From the NCBI GenBank assembly GCA_963736005.1, contig CAVTNB010000001.1, forward strand, positions 416,001 to 480,000: 64,000 nucleotides of DNA, read 5' to 3'. The stretch comes from an uncultured Pseudomonadota bacterium. GTDB taxonomy: Bacteria; Vulcanimicrobiota; Vulcanimicrobiia; Eremiobacterales; Eremiobacteraceae. Below are positions 28,619-38,818 of this stretch, piece by piece. Every line of letters begins with the position of its first letter. Position 1 is the first letter of the stretch. Both the position numbers and the translations under genes were made by a program. Under the pieces are notes generated by a model. That model did no database searches. It saw only the letters and a list, made by a program, of their open reading frames with translations, and was not told the DNA's origin.

Positions 28619-29449
28619 TTAGCCGAGGGGCGCCGTCTTGGGCCGTCCGCTGTATCCCATCTTTGCGGAAATCTCCGTGGCTGCCGCAACAACGGCTTTG
28701 CTCAAACGGTCCTTGGCGATTGTCTGTTGACCGATTTTTGGCACGGAAACCGACAATGCCGCCACCGGTTTGCCCGAGTAATTGAACAGGGCCGCGCCGA
28801 CGCAGTAGAGGCCGTCTTCAGTTTCCTCGTTGTCCTCGGCGTAGCCCTGACGACGAATGCGCTCGAGCTCGGCGCGGAGCGCCTCGGGATCGGTAAAGGT
28901 GTTCTTGGTGAATCGGGCGAGCTGCTTGGCCGCGATGATGCGGTCGGAATCCGCACGGTCGAGATTGGCTAAGAGGGCCTTCCCGATCGCGGTGCTGTGC
29001 AATGGGTGGCGGCTGCCGATGTCGGCTTGCATGTGGACAGATCGCCGGACGTCAATCTTGTCGATGAAGACGACCTCAGTATCGTCAAGAACGCCCAGAA
29101 AGACAGTTTCCCCAAGGCTATTGGCGAGCTGCTCGAGGTAGGGTTTAGCGACGGAGTGGGCCTCCATCGAACGAAGGATGCCACAGCCAACTTCAAACGC
29201 GCGCATGCCAAGCGAGTAGCGCGCGTTGTCTGGATTCCAGCGAACGAAGCCGCGCGCTCGCAGCGTCTGCAAGATGCGGTGCACGCTGCTTTTTGAAAGG
29301 CCGATCGCCTGCCCAAGCTCTCGAACGCCGACTTCTTTTGTCTGCGTTCCAAGATACTCCAAGATCACAAGCGCGCGGTCGACGGAATTGACTTTCGACT
29401 CGCCCCGCGGCTTCGCCGGGGCGGTGACTTCACCTGAACTTATCGCCAC
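28619..29449 (-). CDS. IclR-family transcriptional regulator
   Basis: SVDRALVIL, KSSVHRIL, STAIGKA, GYAEDNEE; GTG 29449 after GGAGG. Confidence 0.93.
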   Translation of the reverse strand: MAISSGEVTAPAKPRGESKVNSVDRALVILEYLGTQTKEVGVRELGQAIGLSKSSVHRILQTLRARGFVRWNPDNARYSLGMRAFEVGCGILRSMEAHSVAKPYLEQLANSLGETVFLGVLDDTEVVFIDKIDVRRSVHMQADIGSRHPLHSTAIGKALLANLDRADSDRIIAAKQLARFTKNTFTDPEALRAELERIRRQGYAEDNEETEDGLYCVGAALFNYSGKPVAALSVSVPKIGQQTIAKDRLSKAVVAAATEISAKMGYSGRPKTAPLG

Positions 29450-29563
29450 GGATTCCTCCACTCGGCCTTTCACCAACCCTTTGGGTGAGCGAGTCTGCAC
29501 CGGCACAAGAAAGAGCAGTGACCGTTAGACTTCGGTACACCTCGGCGAACACGGGACGAACCC

Positions 29564-29590
29564 GGCTCCGGGACAAGTTTTCCCGGAGCC
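29564..29590. terminator. 10-bp GC-rich hairpin downstream of the lipoprotein gene
   Basis: GGCTCCGGGA-CAAGTTT-TCCCGGAGCC; no clear U-tract on minus strand. Confidence 0.4.
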
Positions 29591-29617
29591 AAAGAGCGGT
29601 TCCTGGTGGCGAAACGG

Positions 29618-29980
29618 CTAGCCCGGCGTTAGAACAAAGTTCACGTTCGAGGTTGTCTGACCAGCCTTCACCTGAACGTTGGTCTGTGGGGCGGGCGCAG
29701 CATAGCCCCTCGGTACGGAGCTTCCCTCGATCGCGACCGTATCGGGTGACAGGGCATCCGTGACAGGGACGTATTGAATCGAATAGGTCCCATCTGGGCC
29801 GCTTGTGCCGGATGGCCCAGAATCCACTTGGACCACAACGCCGGCGATGGGCTGCCCAGAGGATGACGTAATTTTGCCCGAGATGGAACCGTAATTTCCC
29901 GGTGGCGCCGCCGGGTTGGTGCACGCCACCAGCGCGCAAGCCACTGAAATCGCTGCAAGCCACACGGCAATGCGCTTCAT
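29618..29980 (-). CDS. Lipoprotein with carboxypeptidase-regulatory-like domain
   Basis: MKRIAVW...LVAC lipobox; GSISGKITSSSGQPIAGV. Confidence 0.8.
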   Translation of the reverse strand: MKRIAVWLAAISVACALVACTNPAAPPGNYGSISGKITSSSGQPIAGVVVQVDSGPSGTSGPDGTYSIQYVPVTDALSPDTVAIEGSSVPRGYAAPAPQTNVQVKAGQTTSNVNFVLTPG

Positions 29981-30042
29981 GTGCGTTCCCGCCTCCAGCA
30001 GGGATGGTGGAGTACTGTGCGCGCTTCTTCGCTTCCTTGCGG

Positions 30043-30801
30043 TCAGATCCGGCGTTGCATCCAGGCGAGAATGAAAATCCCGCTGCCAACGAGCAGCACA
30101 GACGCGAGCACGTCCAGGATGCCCGATGCGGTCTTGTACGATCCTCCACAGAATTGCGCTACGGCGCTCGTGAGCGCAAAATCTGCTCTTCCAAGAAGAC
30201 TGCCGGATTTTCCGGCAACGTGCCTTACTTCGGCGACAACTGTTGCCGGGTCCCACGCAACCAGCTCGTCGACGTCCGCGAGCCTTCCCTGCGGGTCGAC
30301 GATGAGCAACCTCGCATTGTGAATGAGCTCGTCCGTGCCATTATCGATCACCGAAACGCCTGAAGAACGCACGAAGTTCTCGACCCGCTGCGGACTGCCA
30401 GTGAGAATGCGCCAGCGCGATGACGTCGCGCCAAATTTCCGCGCATATGCCCGGACGACGGGCGGCGTGTCATGAGACGGATCGATGGAAATCTCAACCA
30501 ATTGATATGGTCCGGGCCCAAGCAGGCGATCGAGCACGCCGAATTTTTGCGTGATGATCGGGCAATCATCGGCGCAGCGGGTGTAGATGAAACCAACAAC
30601 CGTCGTTTGGCCGCGGGCGTCTTGGAAGGTGAAGTGCGCACCGCGCTGGTCCACAAAAGTGGTGGGCGGCATGGTCGCGCCGACCTCAATTGGCGCGAGC
30701 TGCAGATCGAAAGGATTCGCCTGCGCCGCAGCCGGTCTGATCAAAAGACATGCAAACGCGAGGGCGCTGGCAAGGACTCGGGGAGCCGCAACGGTTTTCA
30801 T
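30043..30801 (-). CDS. SCO-family copper chaperone
   Basis: FIYTRCADDCP (CxxxC), ISIDP..D, IHN; signal peptide and C-terminal TM. Confidence 0.9.
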   Translation of the reverse strand: MKTVAAPRVLASALAFACLLIRPAAAQANPFDLQLAPIEVGATMPPTTFVDQRGAHFTFQDARGQTTVVGFIYTRCADDCPIITQKFGVLDRLLGPGPYQLVEISIDPSHDTPPVVRAYARKFGATSSRWRILTGSPQRVENFVRSSGVSVIDNGTDELIHNARLLIVDPQGRLADVDELVAWDPATVVAEVRHVAGKSGSLLGRADFALTSAVAQFCGGSYKTASGILDVLASVLLVGSGIFILAWMQRRI

Positions 30802-30814
30802 CGAATGCAATCTT

Positions 30815-31417
30815 GTGCTCGAACCTTCTCCTTCGGCAGGGCCGTTAACTCCAGATACGCGCCGGCGTTTGCTTGCCATGCGACGGTGGGCGCCTGACGA
30901 GCGCCAAGTCGTCGTCCGTGGCCTATTTGGGAGGCTCGCAATCGCGATCGAGCCGGCGGCAATAGCACTGTTGTTTGGCATCTTCACGGTGAGCTTACTC
31001 CGGCTGGCCGCTGACGGCACCGAGGAGCACGCCGGTCTTCAACTGCTGGCGCCCATCTTCGGGCTCGGTGCGGCTGCGTTTGCCATCTATGCGCTTTTCC
31101 TTCTTCGCGCTCCCTTGCGAGCGCTTCGCGAAACGTACCAACCGATTTTCGTCGTCGACGGCTTTCTGCGCACTCGCGCTCGCGACGATCTGTCACCCCG
31201 CGGCTTCAACGGTTACGTCGCCGTCCTCACGGTTGATCGGCGCGTGGCATGCGAGTGGCCCACGATTGGGGATGGCGATCTGGCCGCCGTGGAAACTCCG
31301 GCGCTTCTGGAATTTAGCGAATACGGCGGGATTCACAGGATCGATGGTCAGCCCACCGGGGTACTGCCCTTGGGTTTTCAAAACATCGGCGTCGGCAGTA
31401 ACAAACCCGGCCGCTAA
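30815..31417 (+). CDS. Hypothetical membrane protein (2 TM)
   Basis: Protein-like ORF with two hydrophobic helices; start uncertain (30815 or 30878). Confidence 0.6.
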   Translation: MLEPSPSAGPLTPDTRRRLLAMRRWAPDERQVVVRGLFGRLAIAIEPAAIALLFGIFTVSLLRLAADGTEEHAGLQLLAPIFGLGAAAFAIYALFLLRAPLRALRETYQPIFVVDGFLRTRARDDLSPRGFNGYVAVLTVDRRVACEWPTIGDGDLAAVETPALLEFSEYGGIHRIDGQPTGVLPLGFQNIGVGSNKPGR

Positions 31418-31430
31418 CGCGCGACAAAAA

Positions 31431-31625
31431 CTAGAATTTTCCTAAAAGCTCCGCCTTGGCACTTTTGATCGCAGGCCAAACGTGAAATTCGCCTGCGTAG
31501 TAGACCGAAACGAAGCCCATAAAGAAGATCACGACCAAGCAGACCAAGAAAAGATAGCGCACAACTGGCGGTATACCGCGGCTTTTTGGTATTTCGTACT
31601 GAGATTCGCCATACCCGATTGCCAT
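31431..31625 (-). CDS. Small single-TM protein in the oxidase operon
   Basis: 64 aa, GGAGG RBS, one TM helix. Confidence 0.7.
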   Translation of the reverse strand: MAIGYGESQYEIPKSRGIPPVVRYLFLVCLVVIFFMGFVSVYYAGEFHVWPAIKSAKAELLGKF

Positions 31626-31638
31626 GTTGGTCCTCCCT

Positions 31639-31836
31639 TTAAACCCGGCCCCAGACGCCCAACGCCACCAAAATCACCTCCGCGCAGCCCAGCGCGAGGA
31701 GCACCATCATGATCTTCGTGACGTGATCTTCGAGGGCGGTCTTCTTCCATTCAGCGCGCAAGGCCACGAGCGCGACGATGCCCACGACGATCGCTCCGAC
31801 CAGTGCAATACCCCTGAGAATGTGGTCGAGATCCAT
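31639..31836 (-). CDS. Small 2-TM protein, possible oxidase subunit IV
   Basis: 65 aa directly after subunit III. Confidence 0.65.
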   Translation of the reverse strand: MDLDHILRGIALVGAIVVGIVALVALRAEWKKTALEDHVTKIMMVLLALGCAEVILVALGVWGRV

Positions 31837-31848
31837 GTGCCTTCGCCT

Positions 31849-32433
31849 CTAGTAGATGTAAAACATGAAGAACAGCGCTACCCAAATGACGTCGACAAAG
31901 TGCCAGTACAGCGTGGCCGCCGTGAGCCCGAAATGTCGTTCCTGCGTGTACGTTCCGCGCAAGGTCTGAATCAGCACGGTGATCAGAAAGATCACCCCGA
32001 TGAAGACGTGAAATCCGTGGAGGCCTGTCAACGTGAAGAACGAGGCGCCGAACGTGCTTCCCGCCCACGTATCGTGGAGATGCGTGTACTCGTATGCTTG
32101 ACCGCTCAAGAACATCGATCCCAAAATAATCGTCGCGACCGTGAACCACACAAACTGCCGAATCCTGTTGTGGCGCATGCCTTCCATGGCATAGTGCATG
32201 GTAGCACCACTGCCGAACAGGACGATGGAGTTGACCGCCGCGAGATAGAGATACGGACGTTCGATGCCCGCAGGCGGCCAGATGGGCGCGGCCGTGCGCA
32301 AATACAGATACGAAAAGATGAAATCGCCGAAGATGACGCAGTCACTGATGAGGAAAAAGAGGAAGCCGAGAAGCCGCTGGCCGCGTACTTCTTGATACTC
32401 CGCGTCGCTGATTGCGTGGACGTTTGCTGCCAT
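31849..32433 (-). CDS. ctaE: Cytochrome c oxidase subunit III
   Basis: FFTLTGLHGFHV, YWHFVDVIW. Confidence 0.93.
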   Translation of the reverse strand: MAANVHAISDAEYQEVRGQRLLGFLFFLISDCVIFGDFIFSYLYLRTAAPIWPPAGIERPYLYLAAVNSIVLFGSGATMHYAMEGMRHNRIRQFVWFTVATIILGSMFLSGQAYEYTHLHDTWAGSTFGASFFTLTGLHGFHVFIGVIFLITVLIQTLRGTYTQERHFGLTAATLYWHFVDVIWVALFFMFYIY

Positions 32434-32435
32434 GA

Positions 32436-34093
32436 TTAATGCATCGGCACCTTCGCCAGCTCTTGACTGACGTTCGCATAGGGCAGCGGTTTGCCATAAT
32501 CATATGGGCCTGAAAGGACGATGGGGATGTCCTTGAAGTTGTAATACGGGAGCGGGGGACGGAATCATCCACTCGAGGGTCCGGCCTCCCCAAGGATTTG
32601 GACCTGCAATCTCGCCGTGTTTCGCGCTGCGCAAGGCGTTGTAGAGAAAGATCAGCATCGAGGCTCCCAGCACGAACGCCGAGATCGAAACGAAGAGGTT
32701 GGTACCCGCATACGGCTGGATCGTACGTGGCCACGCGGCGCGGCATGCCGAGCAGCCCAATCCAGTGCATCGGCAAGAACGTCGCGTTGAAACTAATGAA
32801 CATCAGCCAGAAATGCCACTTGGCAAGGCGCTCGTCGAGCAAGCGGCCCGTCATTTTCGGCCACCAATAATAGAGTCCGGCAAAAATGCCGAACACGCTG
32901 CCTCCGAAGAGCACGTAGTGCAGGTGCGCCACGACGAAGTACGACGCATGTTCGTGCACGTCGATCGGCACCGACGCAAGCAGTATCCCCGTGAAGCCTC
33001 CGAACGTGAACGTCGACAAGAAGCCCAGCACGAAGAGAAGCGGGCTGTCGAGGCGGACCTTGCCACCCCACAGCGTCGCCACCCAACTGAAGATCTTGAT
33101 CCCGGTGGGCACGGCGATCGTCATCGTGAGGATCATGAAGAGAAATTGTTCCCAATGCTGCAGGCCGCTCGTAAACATGTGGTGCGCCCATACCATGAAC
33201 GACAGCAAGCCGATGGTAGCGGATGAATACGCGATTGCCTTATAGCCGAAGATCGGCCGGCGCACGAAGGTTGGAATGATTTCAGACACAAGCCCAAAGG
33301 CGGGCAAAATCATGATATAGACTGCAGGGTGCGAATAAAACCAAAAGACATGCTGCCACAACACCGGTGCCCCGCCCTTTGCGACATCGTAAAACGGTAC
33401 GCCAAAGGTCCGTGCGATAAAGAGACCCGCAAGCGCAGCGGACAGATTCGCCGTGGCAATCATCGAAAGAAACGCCGTGGTCGCGGTCGCCCAGACGAAC
33501 AGTGGCATGCGCGTATACGTCATGCCGGGCGCTCGCATTTTGACCACGGTCACGAGGAAGTTCAACCCCGTGATGGTCGCGGACACGCCGATCAGGAAGA
33601 TCGCCATGCACCACATGCTCGTGCCAAACGGCATTTGCAGCGTAATGGGCGGATACTCGGTCCAACCGGCCTGGGGTGCGCCATAGAGGAAACTGGCGAA
33701 CAGCAAGATGCCAGCCGGCGGGAAGAGCCAGAAGCTGATCATGTTCAACCATGGAAAGGCGACGTCTCGCGCACCGATTTGCAACGGCATGACCAGGTTG
33801 CCAAAACCGCCCGTGAGCAGCGGGATGATCACGAGCCACACCATGGCCGAGCCGTGAACGCTGTACGCTTCATTGTAGGTGGTGACGCTAAGCACGTGAT
33901 TGTTCGGTCCAGCCAGTTGCGCCCGCATGATTTCAGCGAGCAAACCCGCCAAAATGAAGAACAGGCCGCCGGTGAGGAAGTATTGCACGGCGATCACTTT
34001 GTGGTCGAGGCTGAAGACGTACTTCTTGATGAACGTGTCCGGAGGCGGGTGGATGTGGCCGCCCGCGGCTGCCCCGACTTCAGCTACTGACAT
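32436..34093 (-). CDS. ctaD: Cytochrome c oxidase subunit I (two apparent +1 indels near 32720 and 32550)
   Basis: DHKVI, WFYSHPAVYI, VWAHHMF, VAHLHY, GMPRR; C-terminus NPWGGRTLEW...YNFKDIP continues in shifted frames. Confidence 0.93.
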
Positions 34094-34121
34094 TGCTCTG
34101 CTCCATCAATAGTCTTCTTCT

Positions 34122-35231
34122 CTAGTGCAGCGTCTTAAGGTAAGCAATCAGATCGGAGATGTCTTGCGCGCTCAGCCCGTTTGCTTGCATGTCCGGCATG
34201 GTACCCATGTCGCCATGCGCGCCATGCTCCAAGATATCGGCGACGTTGTCCGGCGACGCCTTCTTGCCGGTGACGAGCGTCGGATGGCTCGGATCGTCAA
34301 ACAAATTCGCGAGTCCTGGACCAACTTTCCGCTGCGCAAAGGGGGCGGCATTGTGGCAAACAGTGCATTTTGTGTTGAAGAGAGCTTGGCCCCCACTGGC
34401 GTGCCCAGCGGCGAAGTTTATTGGAATCATCGCGCTCGTTCCCGCCAAGCCTGCGTGTTGCTGCGCCGCATACCACGCATCAAAAGCAGGTTTGCTTTGC
34501 ACAACGATGCTTCCCCACATGTGAGAATGGCCGAGGCCGCAAAACTCGGCACACACAATGCGGAACGTGCCAATCTCGCTTGGTGTGAAATGAATCGGCA
34601 CGACCATCCCGGGAATCATATCTTGCTTGAGCCGGAACTCGGGTACCCAAAACGAGTGTAAGACCGCGCCGGTGAGAACATCGGTTGTCTGCTCGGATGA
34701 CGTAATGTCAAGCGTCACTGGTACGCCGACAGGTAAGTGCATCTCGTTCATCACGGACTGGCGCAAACCGGGATAGCGAAACTCGAAATACCACTTGTGG
34801 CCGATTGCCTCCATCGTCACCGCGCTCGCGGCAGCCTGTCCAGTCGGATAATACATGGGAATGACGATGTAGCTCAAGACGGCGAGCACGACCATCAGAA
34901 TTGCTGGAACGACCGTCCAAGTGGTCTCGAGCGCCCGATTATCGTGAATCTCCGATCCAACTGCATCCATGGGTTCGTCTGGCCGGTGCCGGTAGCGAAT
35001 GGCAAAGTAGATCATCATGCCGTTCACGTACACGAGAATCGGCACACCGAAGAACCAGCAGAACTTGAAGAGCCTGTCGATCGGGACGCTGACGGTTGAC
35101 GCTTCCGGCAAGAAGCGCTCGATGGGAAAAATCACGACGACGTACATGAGCACCGCGCTGATCGCAGCCATGACGATCACGGCTCGCCAAAAGCCGGCAT
35201 CAAGCAGCGGTTGAGAACGCTCTTGTTTCAA
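34122..35231 (-). CDS. ctaC: Cytochrome c oxidase subunit II fused to C-terminal cytochrome c (caa3 type)
   Basis: VLHSFWVP, CAEFCGLGHSHM CuA motif, CTVCH heme-c motif. Confidence 0.93.
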   Translation of the reverse strand: MKQERSQPLLDAGFWRAVIVMAAISAVLMYVVVIFPIERFLPEASTVSVPIDRLFKFCWFFGVPILVYVNGMMIYFAIRYRHRPDEPMDAVGSEIHDNRALETTWTVVPAILMVVLAVLSYIVIPMYYPTGQAAASAVTMEAIGHKWYFEFRYPGLRQSVMNEMHLPVGVPVTLDITSSEQTTDVLTGAVLHSFWVPEFRLKQDMIPGMVVPIHFTPSEIGTFRIVCAEFCGLGHSHMWGSIVVQSKPAFDAWYAAQQHAGLAGTSAMIPINFAAGHASGGQALFNTKCTVCHNAAPFAQRKVGPGLANLFDDPSHPTLVTGKKASPDNVADILEHGAHGDMGTMPDMQANGLSAQDISDLIAYLKTLH

Positions 35232-35296
35232 ACTTTCTCCATCACGAAGCGTTGACGCCGACTTACACGCTCGTCGCGGCGCATCCTATCTTGATC

Positions 35297-35381
35297 TGCC
35301 GAAGGTGGGAGTCGAACCCACATGAGGGGTGACCTCGCGCGATTTTGAGTCGCGTGCGTCTGCCAGTTCCGCCACTCCGGC
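35297..35381 (-). tRNA. tRNA-Leu(CAA), CCA not encoded
   Basis: GCCGGAGTGGCGGAACTGGCAGACGCACGCGACTCAAAATCGCG...GTGGGTTCGACTCCCACCTTCGGCA, long variable arm. Confidence 0.95.
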
Positions 35382-35425
35382 GACAAATGTCGAAGTTTGA
35401 GTAAGAGCGCCCCGCATCCTCGCAA

Positions 35426-36853
35426 TCACGACTCGTTAAAGTGCGGCAAGAGGAGCGCAAGCGGCGCACAGGCGGCCGCGAGCGCGCACGAAAGCACGAA
35501 ATCCAAGCGAAAGCTTTGTGATGCCTGCGCGCCGCTGAAATGAAGGAAGGCGGTTACTGCGGCAGGGGCGGTAATCGCGCCGGTGCTCGAAAACATCGTC
35601 AGAAGTCCGTTTGCTGCGCCACTGCGCTGCTGGCTGACGTACCGGAGCATAAGCGCGTTTGGCGGGGCGCTGGCAAGCCCAACGCCGAGGCCAACGACAG
35701 CAAACGACAATAAGACGGCAAACATGCCATGCGCCGCTGCGAGAATACTCTCACCTATGGCAACCGTCACGACCCCTACGACCAAGAGCGATCGAAGGTC
35801 CATGCGTTTGGACAACCAGCCACCTAGGCCTTGACCGGCCCCGAGCGGCAGCGCCAACGCGAGCAACGCAACGCCCGCTTGCGCCGCGCTCGCATGAAAT
35901 TGCGTCATGTAATATGCAGCAGAATACATGGTGACCGAGAAGACCGGTATGCCAGTGATGGCTGCGATCAAATAGAGCAGCAGTGGCCCGCGGTTCGCGA
36001 AAAGCGCCGGTTCAAAAAATGGATCGGCAGTCTTGCTCTCCCAGAGCGCGAGTGCCACAAGCACTGCGATGGCGCCAAGAATCCAAATCCAGGTGCCGGG
36101 CGCCGACCCGTTCGCGGCGAGCATCACGCACAAAGCGGCAGCGGGCAACAAGACGATCGCTCCGGCATCCAGCCCCACGCGCTCCACCGGCCCGTCGTCT
36201 TGCGGTATTCGCAGGGCCAGCACGAGCGCGCCGACCGCGAGCGGAACGTTGATCCAAAAAATAAGGTGCCACGGGTAGGTGACGAGTTCGGCGTGCAAAG
36301 CGCCGGAAAGAAAGACTCCCTTGCCGAGCGCGTTGCCCCCGTCGATGAGAAGGCCGCCAAGGACAGCGCCGAGTGCGCCGGCAAGCGCGAACATGCCGTA
36401 GGTAAGGTATAACGCGCCGCTTTGCCGTTCTTTCGGTACCCGCTGACCGATGATCGCAATTGCGGCAGGCTGGAGCGCTCCGGCGCCGAGCGATTGCACC
36501 ACGCGTCCCAGCACGAGGCTGACGAGCGAGGTTGACAGCGCGCATGCGATCGATCCAAGTAAGAAAATTGCGAGCGCAGAAATGAAGACGGTGCGGCGAC
36601 CACGAGCATCCGACAGGCGCCCGGCAATGGGTTGCGCGATGAGCGAGCCCGTCGCGTAGATCGCCATGATCCATCCGACTTGCGCGAGCGTCGAGCCAAG
36701 CGATGTTGAGATGCTGACGAGCGAAGGAGCGATGACAGTCATCTGCAGCGCGCGCAAGAAAATGCCGAGCAGCAGCGGGGGCATGACGATGACCGGCCGG
36801 TAGCTAGTTGTGGCTTGGGTGTTCGTAGGGACCGGGATTACGGCTTCGCGCAC
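35426..36853 (-). CDS. MFS transporter (DHA2-like)
   Basis: GRLSDARGRR motif A, GRVVQSLGAG, FWINVP; start approximate. Confidence 0.88.
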   Translation of the reverse strand: MREAVIPVPTNTQATTSYRPVIVMPPLLLGIFLRALQMTVIAPSLVSISTSLGSTLAQVGWIMAIYATGSLIAQPIAGRLSDARGRRTVFISALAIFLLGSIACALSTSLVSLVLGRVVQSLGAGALQPAAIAIIGQRVPKERQSGALYLTYGMFALAGALGAVLGGLLIDGGNALGKGVFLSGALHAELVTYPWHLIFWINVPLAVGALVLALRIPQDDGPVERVGLDAGAIVLLPAAALCVMLAANGSAPGTWIWILGAIAVLVALALWESKTADPFFEPALFANRGPLLLYLIAAITGIPVFSVTMYSAAYYMTQFHASAAQAGVALLALALPLGAGQGLGGWLSKRMDLRSLLVVGVVTVAIGESILAAAHGMFAVLLSFAVVGLGVGLASAPPNALMLRYVSQQRSGAANGLLTMFSSTGAITAPAAVTAFLHFSGAQASQSFRLDFVLSCALAAACAPLALLLPHFNES

Positions 36854-36883
36854 GCTCAGAGGCAGGCTCCAAGAAGGGCGAAT

Positions 36884-36909
36884 GGGGCGATTTTCCAATC
36901 GCCCCCTAC
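36884..36909 (-). repeat. REP-like hairpin class A
   Basis: GTAGGGGGCGATTGGAAAATCGCCCC, 4 nt after the ctaB stop. Confidence 0.85.
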
Positions 36910-36913
36910 AGCC

Positions 36914-38710
36914 TTAGACATGGCCGAAACGATCGATAACCATGCCGCTGAATAGCAGCGCTAGGTACAGCATGGAGAATTTGTACATCGTCAATTCGCT
37001 CTTGCGCGTCCCAGCGGCGGCGACCCACAAGGCGCCCGCGAGGAACAGCGCATCAAGCACAAGGGTGATCGCCAGGTAGGTCAGGCCCATGAGATGCATG
37101 GGAACCATCACGAGCGTCAAGGCGATGAGCACCCACGAGTACAGCACGATCTGTTGCTTTGTGACGGCCTCACCCCGAACGGCGGGCAACATGGGGATGC
37201 CCACTTTGGCGTATTCATCCTTCTTCATCAGCGCGAGGCTCCAAAAATGTGGCGGTGTCCAAACGAACACGATCAAGAAGAGCAGATACGCGGTCACGTC
37301 GAGGTGATGAGTGACCGCAGCCCACCCGACAAGCGGTGGAATCGAACCTGCAGCGCCGCCAATCACGATGTTCTGCGGCGTGGTCCGTTTGAGCCACATC
37401 GTGTAAATGAAGACGTAGTAGAGAATCCCGATAGTCGAGAGGGTGGCTGCGAGCGGGTTTACAGCGACCCAAAGTTCGACAAACGCGAGCAGACCCAACA
37501 CGATGCCAAAAAACAGTGCGTTACGGGCGGGGACACGGCCGCTCGGAATCGGACGCAACTTGGTGCGCGACATCTGCGCGTCCAAATCGCGATCCAGATA
37601 CATGTTGATGCTCGCCGCCGACGCGGATGCAAGCGCGCCCCCTAGCAGCGTCCAAAAGACCAGTGACAGCGACGGCAGGCCGCCCGCGGCCATCATCATC
37701 GTCGCAAACGTGGTGAACAGTAGGAGTGACATGACGTTCGGTTTTGTCAGCTGCACGTAGCTTTTCGCCGTTGACCACGGCGCTGGATCAGCAGCCGCCG
37801 CGCGACCAAGCTGCGAGCGGTAGGTAACCAGTGCAAGAGTAGCAACGAAGAGCACGCCTGTTGCCTGGTGGACGGAACGCAGCAGGGGGACGAGCCCAGA
37901 CACCACCGTGAGGACTCCGAGCCCAACTTGCGCGATTGCCAAACCGAGCGCCAGCCACACGAGGCGCCGAAAATCCAAAGGCAACCTCTTGGTGGTGGCG
38001 GTCGCAATGGCGAGCGCCACGACGAGCGCAAAAGTCGCATACGCGGCAAAGCGGTGACCCATGTGAATCTCACCGGCGAGCGTCGTGGCGCCTGACCAGC
38101 CGTTGCATAGTGGAAAACCGGTACAAGCGCCCCCCGCATGTGACGCACTCATGTACCCGCCAGCAATAACCGCGACCAACGCGACGATCGTGCTCAAGAG
38201 CGCGAGAGCCGCGAGCGCTGGTGCTACCGCGACCTTGGTCTGCAAGATCTTCCGGTCATCGAGCTCTTCCCATGCACAATATGAGAGCAGCAGTAAGCTG
38301 ACAAACGTGCCGATCCCGACGACCAAGTGCGCCGCGACGCTCGGGGGACTATTCGCATACCGGATCGTGAGCGCGCCGATGATAATCTGCACCGCTACCA
38401 TTGCAAGAGAGACCCACGCAAAGCGCATTGCTTCGGGGAGTTCGCGTCGAGAGCGAAAGGCCAGCACGAACGCGGCGACGATGAGCAGGGTGAGAATTGG
38501 CGCGCCCAGCCGGTGCGCCCATTCGTAGAATACGGTTCCATTGAGGTTCGGAAACCAGACGCCCCGACAGCGTGGCCAATCAGGACAGGTCATCCCGGCG
38601 CCATTGATGCGAACGATCGCGCCCCAAACCACCAAAGCAAAGGCAAACACCGCTGCAACCGTGCTCGTCAGCTTGAGGCCTACAAAGCGTGTTGTCGTTG
38701 TGCTCGACAT
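36914..38710 (-). CDS. ctaB: Fused heme A synthase (CtaA/COX15) - heme O synthase (CtaB/CyoE)
   Basis: N-half GAGMTCPDWPRC, EWAHR, HMGHR; C-half LTKP, DRDLDAQMSRTKLRP, NIVIGG, WTPPHFWSLA. Confidence 0.9.
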   Translation of the reverse strand: MSSTTTTRFVGLKLTSTVAAVFAFALVVWGAIVRINGAGMTCPDWPRCRGVWFPNLNGTVFYEWAHRLGAPILTLLIVAAFVLAFRSRRELPEAMRFAWVSLAMVAVQIIIGALTIRYANSPPSVAAHLVVGIGTFVSLLLLSYCAWEELDDRKILQTKVAVAPALAALALLSTIVALVAVIAGGYMSASHAGGACTGFPLCNGWSGATTLAGEIHMGHRFAAYATFALVVALAIATATTKRLPLDFRRLVWLALGLAIAQVGLGVLTVVSGLVPLLRSVHQATGVLFVATLALVTYRSQLGRAAAADPAPWSTAKSYVQLTKPNVMSLLLFTTFATMMMAAGGLPSLSLVFWTLLGGALASASAASINMYLDRDLDAQMSRTKLRPIPSGRVPARNALFFGIVLGLLAFVELWVAVNPLAATLSTIGILYYVFIYTMWLKRTTPQNIVIGGAAGSIPPLVGWAAVTHHLDVTAYLLFLIVFVWTPPHFWSLALMKKDEYAKVGIPMLPAVRGEAVTKQQIVLYSWVLIALTLVMVPMHLMGLTYLAITLVLDALFLAGALWVAAAGTRKSELTMYKFSMLYLALLFSGMVIDRFGHV

Positions 38711-38818
38711 TGATATGGCGGTTTCCATCCAAGCTTCAGCTTTTTCCTGTGGCCCAGCAGCGTGGCATTTCCTCGTATCCCCCAAAGTCGCAGAGCATGC
38801 AGAGAGGTTGCCTCCGCT

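Noticed and set aside
35297..35381. tRNA-Leu as an island integration site
   Set aside because: No integrase, no duplicated tRNA 3' end seen, and flanks are respiratory housekeeping genes
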